Positions 42,671 through 55,490 of a DNA stretch of 64,000 bases are shown one piece after another; position 1 is the stretch's first letter, and the number at the start of each line of letters is the position of its first letter. The stretch covers positions 36,835,741-36,899,740 of the forward strand of contig CM041465.1 of assembly GCA_023213395.1 (NCBI GenBank), in the 5' to 3' direction. Under the pieces are notes generated by a model that saw only the letters and a list, made by a program, of their open reading frames with translations, was not told the origin of the DNA and did not search any database. This stretch comes from Cycas panzhihuaensis. Lineage: Eukaryota > Plantae > Cycadophyta. The translations under genes were made by a program, and so were the position numbers.

Positions 42671-42924
42671 TCTTAATAAGAATTATAGGGTATGCAGAGA
42701 GGACATCCCAGAAGAGATATTGAGTTTGGTAAAAAAAGAAATAGAAGATTTCTTCTATGGTGGAGATAAAAACTAACCACATGACTTGTCATGACTAGGT
42801 TGGGATAACTAGGGATTGGAGGGTTAAAGATAGTTAAGCCATAGGCTTGTCATGGTAATTTTGTTAGTCGTAAGGCAACTTTATATTAGGGTTGGGGCCC
42901 TTTTAAAACTCCTTTATTTTTTAT

Positions 42925-43953
<1,029 letters not shown>

Positions 43954-44001
43954 AAAGAAATTAATTAGAAACTATAATTTCATGTTCACGTTAAAGAAAT
44001 A

Positions 44002-44451
44002 TATTAATGAACTTACTTGAGGCTAACTTCATATAAGTTAATGACTCATATAGATTAATTAAGTGATACAAAGAGATGCGGGTATTAAAGATTCAATGAA
44101 ATATGATAAAAAGTCTCTTGACATGACAAAATACCATGAAATACAAGGAAAAAGTCATAATTATTAACTAAATATATTTCTTGATATATTATAAATATAA
44201 ATTTTATATTAATTATTTAATATTTTATTTAATAAAAATATAAATTAATATATAAATATGTTAAGGCGCATCAAATCCTATAAACTTAACTACCATCTTC
44301 AAATGATTCTAACAAAACCAAATCATATTTCAAAATAATAAAATCATTCTAAATTCAGCTATAAAATTTTTCTTCCATAAATATCTATATCCTATTCTCT
44401 AAATACTTATGTAATCAAAATTCTATTTATGTGCGTTAATATTGCTTCACA
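44002..44451 (+). mobile_element. Solo LTR, strongly AT-shifted, same family as 30964-31431
   Basis: Colinear blocks ttgaggcta(a)cttcat, aatgactcat, aaagagatg, tattataaata, ataataaaatcat; ends cttcaca. No PBS follows. Confidence 0.8.
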
Positions 44452-44539
44452 AATTTAATAATAAAACGCATCATTAATCATATTATTAATATCGCTCCAT
44501 TTATAATTTCTCTCGTGTTAATTCATCACCTACGTTGCA

Positions 44540-45222
44540 CTATCTACGATGCTCTATAATTTGCTATGTTGCGCCATAGCTTGTCGGCGTGGATCAATTT
44601 TTACGGGCAGAGATCGTCCGCAGGCCATCGGCTTTACGTCGCTCTTCTATTCGCCTCAGAAAGCGTCTCTTCGACCTTAATCTCGTGCCTTGTCCAATTG
44701 CACAACCCATTTAAAACAATCCCCAAAATATAAACTACGCAAAGAATCAAACGGTTTAAATGCAACGATAGAGATGCGTGGGAGCTTACTTTCAGTGCCA
44801 CCCCCGGAGCGCGTTGAATGCAGTCCATTATTTCTCATATTGGCCGCTCCGAAGTGAGAGTAAGGTTCTGTCCTGCAAATGCAGAGGATAAACCCTGCTA
44901 AAGACGAAGTCAATAAAACGCAATGGAAGGGCGAAAGAATTAGTAGAAACGGAGCTTCTGAAGTTTTAAAACTTCAGAAGAGACGCAAGCGAGAACTTTC
45001 AGGTTGTGCAAGGAATGTCATTTGAAATCGCGAACCCCTTTCCCTTCAATTCATTAATCGCCGCAAAGACGCGACTGGTCATCCGTGAACTGCAAATCGG
45101 CTCGTCTAGTGAAGTGAAGAGGCTGCCAGTGCTCCGGTTGCTGGAAAAGAGGAACAACCTGCAACTGGTTCCGAGCATAAGTTGACGTTAAATCGAAGCA
45201 TTGGTGTTATTGGAGTTGAAGA
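44540..45222 (+). promoter_or_regulatory. Probable promoter/5' UTR of the host gene (CpG-retaining, non-repetitive)
   Basis: Abrupt rise in GC and CpG relative to the flanking TEs. TGACG at 45183. Perfect 26-bp palindrome at 44955-44980. Confidence 0.6.
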
Positions 45223-45455
45223 ATGTGGAAATCTCGAGATTTACTGAAAGGGTTTAAGGTTTTACAATTACATTCGTCTTCAATGGAACATGGAATTCCC
45301 GGATTTAATGCTTTGCCATCTGTTGGTGGAGCTTCTCGGTGCACAGATGTTGCAATGCGCTCTAAAGACATTTCTGCCTACGCCATTTGGAGGAATTTGG
45401 ACTTATCGAAGACAAGTATTTCGAGCATCGGGCATTTACGGTTTCTACACCTACC
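45223..45455 (+). CDS. Host gene, first coding exon (probable organellar, likely mitochondrial, transit peptide; product unidentified)
   Basis: ATG at 45223 in gaagaATG context. Reads MWKSRDLLKGFKVLQLHSSS...IGHLRFLHLP and ends at a consensus donor CC|gtgagt (233 nt, phase 2). Confidence 0.7.
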
Positions 45456-46871
45456 GTGAGTTTTGTCAACCGTTTTACCTAAATCCTTCCAGAGTTTCAA
45501 GTTTTGTTTCTCAGTTTCGGTAGGATTAAAATTGGACAAAATTGTTCCCAATCCTATGTTCTTCACAAGTTTTCCCATATTCTGTACAAAAAGACAATCG
45601 TAAGACCGGAAAATTTTAGGGCTTCTGACCTCTCTATCCGGTCATCACTGTTGCACAGGCACGGGAATAAAATTACTGCGATGACCATAGAGTATGATCT
45701 TATCAATTACATATATTTACCCTTCACGAGTTTCCGTTCCAAAGCCTATTGTAGTTTCTGTGTTTCGCGGTATTGTTTATGCCCAGAACCACAGAACCTG
45801 TAATAGCTGTACTCTGAATTGGGTGTATCACCGATGCTGTATTGTCGACTCTATCAAGCAAGCATAGATCTCAAGATGTGTAAACTTTTTGTGCCCAGGT
45901 AGGACTATGGCCAACTATGCAAGATAGTGACATACTTTTGGCCGGGTTGTGGCTATGCTTATCAGCTTGCCTTGTTTTTGTTTACGGACAAATATAAAAC
46001 TCGTGTTCCAAGTCAAAAAATTGGCCATTCTATGAGATCATTGGTTAAATTTTAGGTTAGTTTATTGAAAGGTCTTTTTTGTGGCTTGCGTCGCTCCAAC
46101 TTAGACTACATTGCCAACCTCTTAAATTTTACAATTTTGGAGACCACAAACTTGGCGGGCCCGTTTTCACAAACTGATACACACCTCTGGCAGGTGTGGG
46201 GTACTCTCGGTGACTGTGAGACTCGAAACAATGTCCTCATGGGCTGATGATGATGATTTTTGCTATGTGACTAAACCCATTTTGTCCATGCTGATAAGAC
46301 TTTTTGCAGTTACATGCACACTGACTTTTCTGTGTTTTTTGTTTCCAATTTAAGAATTTTGGAGGGTGTGCATTTGTTGTTGTTACTGCTTTGCCTCTGA
46401 AGTGTGCTTGCTATCATAGTTGCATGAGCTTTGCTCAACACTGGAGAATGTGAAACATTGAAATTCTGTTTTGTAAAAACTGCCAAATGCTGATTTGGAA
46501 TGCCAGTACCACAGTATAGACTAAAATTTTGATAATTTTACTATTTGTAAGAATTTCTTAAATAATGTAGGAGTAGGGTAATATGCATTTAAATAATTAG
46601 TCTGGATTCTGGGGTGATTCAATATTTTTATTTTTAATCTGTGATACAATTTAATTACTTTATAGATGTGTCACAAAACGGAGGATATTGATTTGAATGA
46701 AATGGAGTGAAATGTTATGATGATGACCCATATGGGTTTGCAGACAACTATGAATGCTATTTAGTAGAGTTCTATGTCAGTTGCGTGTCTAATATTCCCA
46801 ATGTGAAGCCATTTAGGTTATTTGCTGTGTTCAATCTTTTAAGTGATTTATCTTTCTTTGATTGATGTTAG

Positions 46872-46962
46872 ATCCAATCGACAGGGGAAGAATTCAAAGA
46901 AGTCAGGGATTGAGCATGATGAGCAACTGGTGATTGAACCTGAGAGAGCCGGTGAATCTCAG
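46872..46962 (+). CDS. Host gene, second coding exon
   Basis: Acceptor tctttctttgattgatgttag| and donor CAG|gtaaga. The only open frame needs 1 leading nt, which matches phase 2 of exon 1. Reads (P)SNRQGKNSKKSGIEHDEQLVIEPERAGESQ. Confidence 0.72.
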
Positions 46963-49379
46963 GTAAGAAGCATCTTCATTCAAGATGGATTTGCATATTG
47001 TTCAGTAGAATCAAATGCTATGTAGCCTTCCCTCTTCTTTATTGGTTGTGGGGATGAAATATTTATATTTCCTGAAATATTGTATTACTAAGTGAGGATT
47101 CCCTACCAGAAAACTTTAAGGGAATGGTTGCCTTTGAACATTGCAGCAAAAAGTCTTTGATTTTTTATCATGCCATTGAAATTGTGCTTCACTTGTTTAT
47201 ATAAAATTTGTAGAATGGCTAATCGAACAATGCATTTTCTTAGAATGCCTATCCTGTCATATTCTTATCTCGGTTCTGGATTTTTATGGAGAAGTGACTG
47301 CCTCACCGTGAGTGCAAAGTGGGCTCTTTTTTGTTGGTTGAAAATGGGGTGCTATCTCACATTTGTAAGTCAGACAACTTGTATACTTGTTATTGCAATA
47401 TTTATTACCTTATATGAATGTGGGAAGAAGAAGAGGAAATCGTTTGACATCCTAGTTAGCTCAAATATACTCCACGGATGTGAGCTATGAGGGCTAAGCA
47501 TACCAATTTGTGCAAATATGGGCTAGTTTCACATATGCCATCTTCTTGTTTTGCTTTTCAGGAGTGTCACTTATTGATTGCATCCAAATTTGCAAAGAGG
47601 TATTCTCATTCTAAGATTGATAATCATCAATAGTTGAGCAATATTTCATAAAAATATCATTTTTTGGCAGGGCTACAAATAATGTATTTTATAATTTTCA
47701 GCTATGGACAACCTTGCACTGTTCCAAGTTATATTAATGGAAACTTTTGGGCATGTTGAAATTGCGGGTGTATGTTAACCATGCTGGGCCATGCTATAGG
47801 TGCATCATAATTAAAGGGTGCTGCAATTGCATCATAGTTAAAGGGTCGATACAACTTGTTTGTATGCTACCTACATTATGAATGCGCGCTATAAGAGACC
47901 CATGCTATCAATAGAATGTTCATGTGCTACGGAGTGCCTTGTGTACAGTTTATTGTTATATATGTGGTGAATGCCCAAGAGAGGATTAATACACAGTTCA
48001 CAGAATACTACGGCATACAAATCAACACAACATCATATCATAATCATTTATGAACGCAAAGGTAGCTCTGAAACCTTTGTTATTTCACTGATAACTTATA
48101 ATGCACATACAAGACATGAGAATGTAGAACTTGACTTTCACATTGAACCGAATGCAACTATGCTTATTTATACTCGGTGAAGGGTTGCCCTTATACAAAG
48201 GGCGTGGCCCTTATTATAGTTGCATGCCTTATCCTTAATCACTAACAATCCTTTACATAATGTTCATATAACTGACTTGTTAGCTACAACATGGGTTGTC
48301 CCTAAGGCTGTCTGCGTACTTTTTGGGCATGTGTCTATGCCAATTTGTCATTGGTTGGCTCTCCTTAATGTTGACTTGGTGGCTTACTAACTTGAATCCT
48401 ACAAGTTAGGGCTCCATTCTGCCATATAATGCTAACAATCTGCATGAAATGTAACACATTCATCCATGTACTTTATGTACCAAATTCCATACAACTCATG
48501 ATTGCATTAATGATGGCTAGAATAGAATACAAAAGGCCTATCTTGCTTGGAGATTGCTGCACTTGGCTCTCACACTGAACTGGGTTTAAGAATGCCCTGT
48601 TTAAACCATGAAGTGGTGCCTTTTCAACCAAAAGACACCCCTTTACATTATGACTTGTGACCCTTTATAACAATAATTACATAATTATCAATGACTGATA
48701 ACGACATTTTATATTTGTGCATCTGTACATACCAAAGCGACACAAATTTCATTGTAGTTGTTCAACTTTGATTGTGGCATTCCAAAATTCTCGGTGCTAT
48801 TCTAACTGCATGTGCCATTCCAGTGTCATTCCCAACTGCTTCCAACTAAGCCTTCTCTTATGGTGCCATTCTTCACTGGTGACACCATTTCTTAGTGTTG
48901 TTCTGGCCATTTGTTGAAGTTATTTATCACTTGTTTCTGTTGTTCCCATTGCATATACCATTCCTTAATGTTATTATCATTTGGTAAAGTTGTTCCTAAG
49001 GGAATTTACCATCAGGTTTTGTCTTCTAAGTGCCAATTTGATTGCACACATCCATCTGGGGGTTGGAAAACTATTGAACATTCTCACTAGGCAAAATTTT
49101 ACCAAAACTTTGAAAATTTTGAATCTCAGGGATTACTGTCCCCCTCCCTTTCCTTTGAGCTAATCTCATAGCTCAATATTCTGTAGATGTTATTCTGTGA
49201 GCTTGTCTGATAATCGCTGAACCATTCCATCTTTTATTGTTGCTTGGTTTGATATCGGCTTCCCCAACTCCTCACAATTGCCCCCAACTTCCTTGAGCAA
49301 ATCCACTTCTCTCTTTAGAGCTAGATTAGTTCCTTATTCAACTCTTGTAGTAGGGAAAGCTATACTCCTATTTTGCATA

Positions 49380-52330
49380 TGTGGCATTCCAAGTTATTAA
49401 TGGAAGTTGGTATTTTTAGGAGAGATGTGAAGTTAGTTTTTAGGAAGATAGAGGAGGATTTATTAATATGAAGTTGGTATTTTTAGGAGAGAGAAATAGA
49501 AATTGGTTTTAGATAGAGAAAATAAGGCTATAAATAGAAGAGCCTTGTTCACTTATAATCACCTTTTAGAGAATTTAATATTTTGATATGGACTAATAGC
49601 CTAAAGCCATTAGGGCATGTTGTGCTAATTGAGAGGACACCTTCACTTCAAAAAGGGCAATATTACTGTTGTTATTTGATATCTATATTTACTGTATTCT
49701 ATTGAGAGCTATTATTGATATTACTGCTTCAATTTCAGTTATTATTCTTTGGATGAGCTATTTTTGTTATGATACTATTTACTGCTGGAAGAGTTTGATG
49801 TATGCATGCAGAGGATATTATTATTTGGGGATTTTCTTCTGTAACTATTATATTTTCTGTGGAGTATCGGTGGGCATTGCTATATTGGTATTAGACACTC
49901 ATTATAGAGGGGACTAAACGAGGAAATAAATCTGGGTTTCATTTGGAGAATTTTCCAGGGTCAATCTGCTACATCGACACGTCTATTGTAGACTGCGGTG
50001 AAGAAGAAGTTGTCCACCTTGTGATTCAATATCATCATTGACGTTGAAGAGCTACAGCAGTTGTTTGTATACAATTAGTTGTTGTTTTCTGTCATCGGAC
50101 CTAGCAAGGGTGTATGGGCAGGCGTCCATATCAGGGGAAATTTGGTTGTGGCAGGTGTGAAAGGAAAGTCGGACGGTGAGTATCACAGCTAGCAGACATT
50201 TGGTGCCTAGGAATGGAAACAAAACATGAAAGTATGAGCCCGCACAGAAGCAGAAATCATGAAAGAGTCCATTGATGGAGGGTGAGTGGAGGGATTCGCC
50301 TTTGACCCTTGTAGACTGAGTACATACCAGGCACAAATCGAGTTAATAATGGCGTGCTGAGGAAATCCGTAGTAGGTCCATAGACTAAGTACAAACACAA
50401 ATCAAATTAATTGTAGCAAGGGGAGGATATCCACAATAAACAGCACAGAGTAACCCTACGATAGATTATCACCGTCTAAGAGTGCCCATCAAGCAGAATC
50501 AGAGATGAGTGCAAATGGGGGTCCGAAGGTCACACCTTCGATCCTCCCTTATTCTAGGATTTTCCTCTCACATCTGCGCGTACTATTTGATAGTAGTTTA
50601 AGGAGCGAGAGCGAGATCGATTGTGTGAGAAGACGCAAATCAGTGAAGAAGTAGACAGCTAATGCAACTGATGTAGTTGCAATTCATGCCATTATCTTTG
50701 AGCTGATTATCTCGAATCGCTGAAGCACAGTTATACCTGCACAAAATGCAAAATATTAACAGAACCTTACAACCATTTTATTTCGAAGGTTATTTGTAAA
50801 TTTAATTAGATTTAATTTTATTTGGAGTCCGCCCCCACCAGTTAGTAGGTGGTTAGGCAACCGGTAGCTAAGATCTGAAAGGGGCTAATAAACTCTTTTG
50901 TTATTTTTATTTTATTTTTCCAATTTGACTATTTAAAAGGGGTGCTTGGACGTTTTCATCCATAACTGCTGTTGCAGGTATCTGATTTCAGTTTTATTTG
51001 AAACATTGTAATCTTGGTTTTGAAATGATTGGTTTGAATGGTTGCATGGTACAATTTTAAGCACTCTTTGTTGTAGATTTTAATGCACGAAGTTGCAACT
51101 CTTGTTGACAAACAAAAAAGATGGGAGACCTAACAATATTAATAGAGAGAATGCACTTAATGCAAAAATTTCAAAATGTCCAAGAATTCTATCTAGGCAG
51201 AAGTATGATGGCTACTGAATGGCTTCAACATGTGGACACGTACTATGAAATCTCATTAGAGACAAAACTCAAAGTTTACAAACTGTGTGTTCAATTCTGC
51301 TTAACATGAGAAGCTCTTGATCGGTTTATTAATTGATCGAACAAACCAAACAAACCAAAATTATTCAGCAATTGGTTTTGGTTTCAAATTGCATTTCGCG
51401 TAACAACGCATCAATGGAAGTAAAAGGTACACATGAAACGTGAAGAGGCCAAAGAATTAAAGCAAGTAGATGAATAGATAGAAGAGGAGAAGGAGCAGAA
51501 TGTTGATAAGGAGATCCAGGAATCCCTTTAGGAATATGAAGTAGAACCAATTTAGAGGGAACAAGACAAGACAAGATTAAAGATATGAATCAGATGGTGA
51601 TGAAGACAGAGCATCTGGTAGAAGAATCTAATGAGATACAAGTTGAAATAGAGGAACAACATGAAGGCTAGACCAACAATTGAGAGAGCGCTTAATGGAC
51701 ATAGGAAAGTTGGAAGAAGAACCTATGCAGGATGTGGAAGGGGTTGGGCAACTAAGTGAATCCAACAAGGCATTTGACATAGTCCCAAACCCTGTGTTGT
51801 ACATGCACATTTTCTTTGGTAGTTCAGTTTCCTCTTTCATTTGCAGCCTCAATAGCTATACAGAAACCCTCTCCACCCTTACTCCATAATTATCCGAACT
51901 CCTAAACTTCTTAATTCCAAGGTCTTTGTAGGACAAATCCTAGTCTCTCTTTACAACCCTAACTCATCTCATTGTTCACATGGCTCTTCATTCCCTAATG
52001 ACTTTCCTCAGTAGGATTTTCTAAACCTTCCATTCCCCTTCCATCATGTTTTGTCTCCTAATATGATGATTGTCTCATCATGTTTGTCCCAACCTTCCAC
52101 ACTTCTATATAACCAACACTCTTTTTTTCCATTAATTCCTTCATCAAGTCCTTTCCCTATTTTTGAACCTCTATTTAAACCTCTTTTCCATAAAGAGCAT
52201 TTGTCACTCATTTTGCATAACTCTTATTTCCCTTAAGATTTCTAATTATCCAACCAAATTGGTCTTGATCATAACCCCTTATCGAATCAATTCCCAAACC
52301 TCATGAATTGCTCACTATATAGTTCTTTTC
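49380..52330 (+). mobile_element. Non-autonomous gag-remnant LTR element, copy 3 (5' LTR 49380-49884, PBS; 3' end lost)
   Basis: LTR homologous to 33746-34161. PBS-like tggtattagac at 49886. Internal 51120-52240 is colinear with 35030-36080 (acctatgcaggatgt, acatgcacattt, ccataaagagcat). ORF 51121 contains EWLQHVDTYYE. Confidence 0.82.
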
Positions 52331-52374
52331 TCTAGGTTTTCCACATATACAAAAAATATAATAGCTACAACAAC

Positions 52375-52600
52375 ACTAAAACATCCACAAAATAATAACT
52401 CCACAAAAAATATAATAGTTACAGTAGAAAATCCCCAAATAATAACATCTTAGCATGCATACATCAGACTCTTCCAATAGTAAATAATATAATGATAGAA
52501 AACAACTCATCCATAAAATAGTAACTGAAATTGCATTAGTAATATCAATAATAACTTTCAACAGAATACAGTAAATATAGATATCGGATAACAACAATGA
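52375..52600 (-). repeat. Inverted partial LTR of the same non-autonomous family
   Basis: Reverse complement of about 49665-49865. The ORFs 49669+ and 52376- translate almost identically. Confidence 0.88.
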
Positions 52601-52607
52601 TGTTAGG

Positions 52608-53120
52608 TGAGAAAATGACAACAACATGATTTATTGAGGACAATGGAAGGACAACATATTGACAAGAAATGATTCAACTCTTATTACTAAGCTTGGGAAA
52701 TACAAGCATGAAATACATAAGATAAAAGATGGAGAAGGAGAATTGTTCTACACTCCAAACATATCAGGAATGTTTCAACAACATAATACTAAACTCATAA
52801 ACTACAATGTAATTACATAAGAGTGAGCTCTCATTATATAGGTGTGCTTGTGTACAAGATTGTAACACATGTAACAAATCCAAAATTGAAGAAGAGTTTG
52901 AGTAGAACACTCCTACTTGAGTTCAAAGGGTGGTGACAAGTGTCAACCATCAACATGTTGACTTATTCACATAAAACATGTGAATAAGTAAGTAAAATAA
53001 AAAGTGAAAGTGAATGTGACATTTTAAAAACATACAAGAGTGCATTTTAGCATAAAGCATAAAGTGACAAAATAAAAATGTATAAGGTCAAGACTTAATG
53101 CTAGGACATAAAGGTTCATG
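52608..53120 (-). mobile_element. Copia solo/orphan LTR, same family as 54283-54787
   Basis: The reverse complement is colinear with 54283-54787 (agcattaagtcttgacc...ttattcaca..ttttatgtgaataagtcaacatgtt...ttttctca). No PBS or PPT next to it. Confidence 0.85.
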
Positions 53121-54282
53121 ATTACTTGCAAGTTTTGGTATGATAATTATGCTATATGAGGTGATAATGATTACTAGTGCAATTTGACTTAGTTGGCATA
53201 GGTAGAGCCATGTGGGTTTTTTATTTTATGATAGTTAGAGTTGTTTATTGTTTGTTGCTTTTAAGCTAGAACTAAAAGATTTTTTGTAGAATCCATTTGA
53301 CTTCAGTGGCATCGGTGAAGGCATATAGTAGTTTGCTTTTATAATGTAGTTTATTGTTTATTGCTTTTAAACTTGAACTGAAAGGAAACCCTTTTGTAGG
53401 ATTCTTGTGGCGATCATGTCATGGAGATATTTGCTGGAAACAAGTCAAGAAGTATACAAAATAAAGACACTAGAAAGAGAGTGGGATTAACATCCAGAAC
53501 AAGCTTGCTTATTGATATAGTAAGTATATGGTTTATGATATTTAATTGTTTAGTTCTTGATTTGTTTTGGGAGCTACTATCAACTTTTTTTTTTCTTTTT
53601 TGGGAAAATGTTACCATGATTTTAAAAAATTACAAATAGTTTACAACAAAAATGGTGGAGCAAGGTGGACCACCAATTGCCTTTGTAGTTCACATGCCTC
53701 ATTATGGGAGGAATTAGTGACTAATCTTAATAAACAAATTGTCTTATTATAAAATTTGGACCCTAGCTTATTACAAATGTAGGGTAGACTTCATACATAC
53801 ATGGCTTAGGAGAGTGTTGACCAGTCTCTTTGTACCTTCCATGATTGTTTGGATGAAGTGATCAAGTTTGAGAAGTGTTCAATTTTAGATGCAAAACATG
53901 GGGCAATTATTGGGTTGAGAACCTGTCGCTTAAAAGGGGCTACTCCCTATCTGTTTACAACTCCTTATTGTACAGGTGCATATAATTTACAGTGTAATAA
54001 AACAAACATCTCATACATCTTGATATTTATAGTTGTACACAAAATGGGTGAGAAATAATAAGAAAGGAAATGAGAATGGAATTAAAGAAGAAGGAAGGAA
54101 GAACAAGAAATCAAACTCTTAGAGATACGTTTGCAAGGTTAAATACATAAATCTATAAATTCCACTACTAGATAAGAATTAAGTTGAGAAACAATAGAGA
54201 TTATGCATTACCATTAAAAATTTCAAACTAAATTAGGTAGACTAAACAGATTTCAATTATATTCAATGATTATAGAACATAG

Positions 54283-55490
54283 TATTAGAACCTTCATGTT
54301 ATAGCATTAAGTCTTGACCATGTACATGTTAATTTTGACACTTTATGCTTTATGTTGAAGTGCACTTTTGTATGTTCTTTAAATGCCACTTTTTCATTTT
54401 TGTCTTTAGTGACTTATTCACATGTTTTATGTGAATAAGTCAACATGTTTGTGGGTGATACTTGTCACGATCCGTTGAACCTAAGGGGTGTTATACTTAG
54501 ACTTCTCTTCTATTTTGGATCTGTGACGTGTCATAATCCTGTAAATAGACACTTCTATATAATGAGAGCTGCCTCCCATGTAATTCATTGTAGTTTGTGA
54601 GTTTAGTGTTATGCTACTGAAGCATTTTTGATAAGTTGGAGTGAAGAGCATTTCTTCTCCTCCTCCATCTTGTGTTATGTATTTGGTACTTGCATTTCTC
54701 AAGCTTTATAATGGGAGGTGAATCATTTTATGTTCATACATTGTCCTTTCATTATCCTCAATATATCCTGTTATGTTCATTTTCTCATTTTGGTATCAGA
54801 GTGGCGTTGAGGAGTTGTAGAAAGCAAGTGATCTCTATTTTTTGGTGATGACCTTCGCCCTACAAAGGTGATCTAAAGGGTGATCCCTCTTAGTTTTTTA
54901 TTCAAGTCTCTAATTTCAAAAGTAATTTTTGAAAGTTTTTATATTGAAAAGTTTTGTTCTCACATATTTCTGACAAGTGTTGAGAGCTTCATTTACAAGT
55001 TTTTTAACAAGCTTTCAGAAGGTTTTACTGACCAATTTTACATTGGTTTTGAAGAAGTTTTCACAAGTCTTTGAGTTGGTTCAATATTGACCAAAATTAT
55101 GTCATGTTGTTGGTTTGTTTGAAACTTTTGCATATCAAAAAATTACATTTTTTGCAATTTGGATATGCAAAAAAAAAAAAAAAAAACGAATATTTTGCAA
55201 TGACTAACTTGATTGCAATTTTTTTTGAAGAAAAAAAAAATATAGGAGGATCTATCTGTCATTTTTTTGCAGGAATTTGGTTTTTCCTTTTAATCGGTGA
55301 TTTGTAGGATTTTGTGGTATGTGTACCCTTATTTAACATGCAGATTTGATTTTGAAGCAAAAAAAAATATAAATAAAAAAGATGGAGCACTGTTGGGTGA
55401 CTTTATGTCCCTTCTAGTTGGGCACCTACCATTCCCCTGTGACCTGCACGCAAAGAGAAAGGGCTCCTACAATGACGTCTTAAGCCTTGG
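54283..55490 (+). mobile_element. Copia element A: 5' LTR 54283-54787, PBS, 5' leader (interrupted)
   Basis: LTR ends ttctca. TGGTATCAGAG at 54791. The leader shares a motif with 57314-57346. Confidence 0.85.

Noticed and set aside
47562-47599. Possible third exon (ttttcag|GAG...AG|gtattc; ECHLLIASKFAK)
   Set aside because: Phase-compatible, but short, with a weak donor and no recognisable homology. It cannot be supported without RNA data.
47940-48440. Possible solo LTR in the intron
   Set aside because: TG/CA-like ends, but no TSD and no second copy in the window.
53244-53405. Two-copy ~105-bp repeat (also a ~28-bp doublet near 47800-47857) as a CRISPR-like array
   Set aside because: Only two diverged units and no repeat-spacer structure; ordinary local duplications in eukaryotic DNA.
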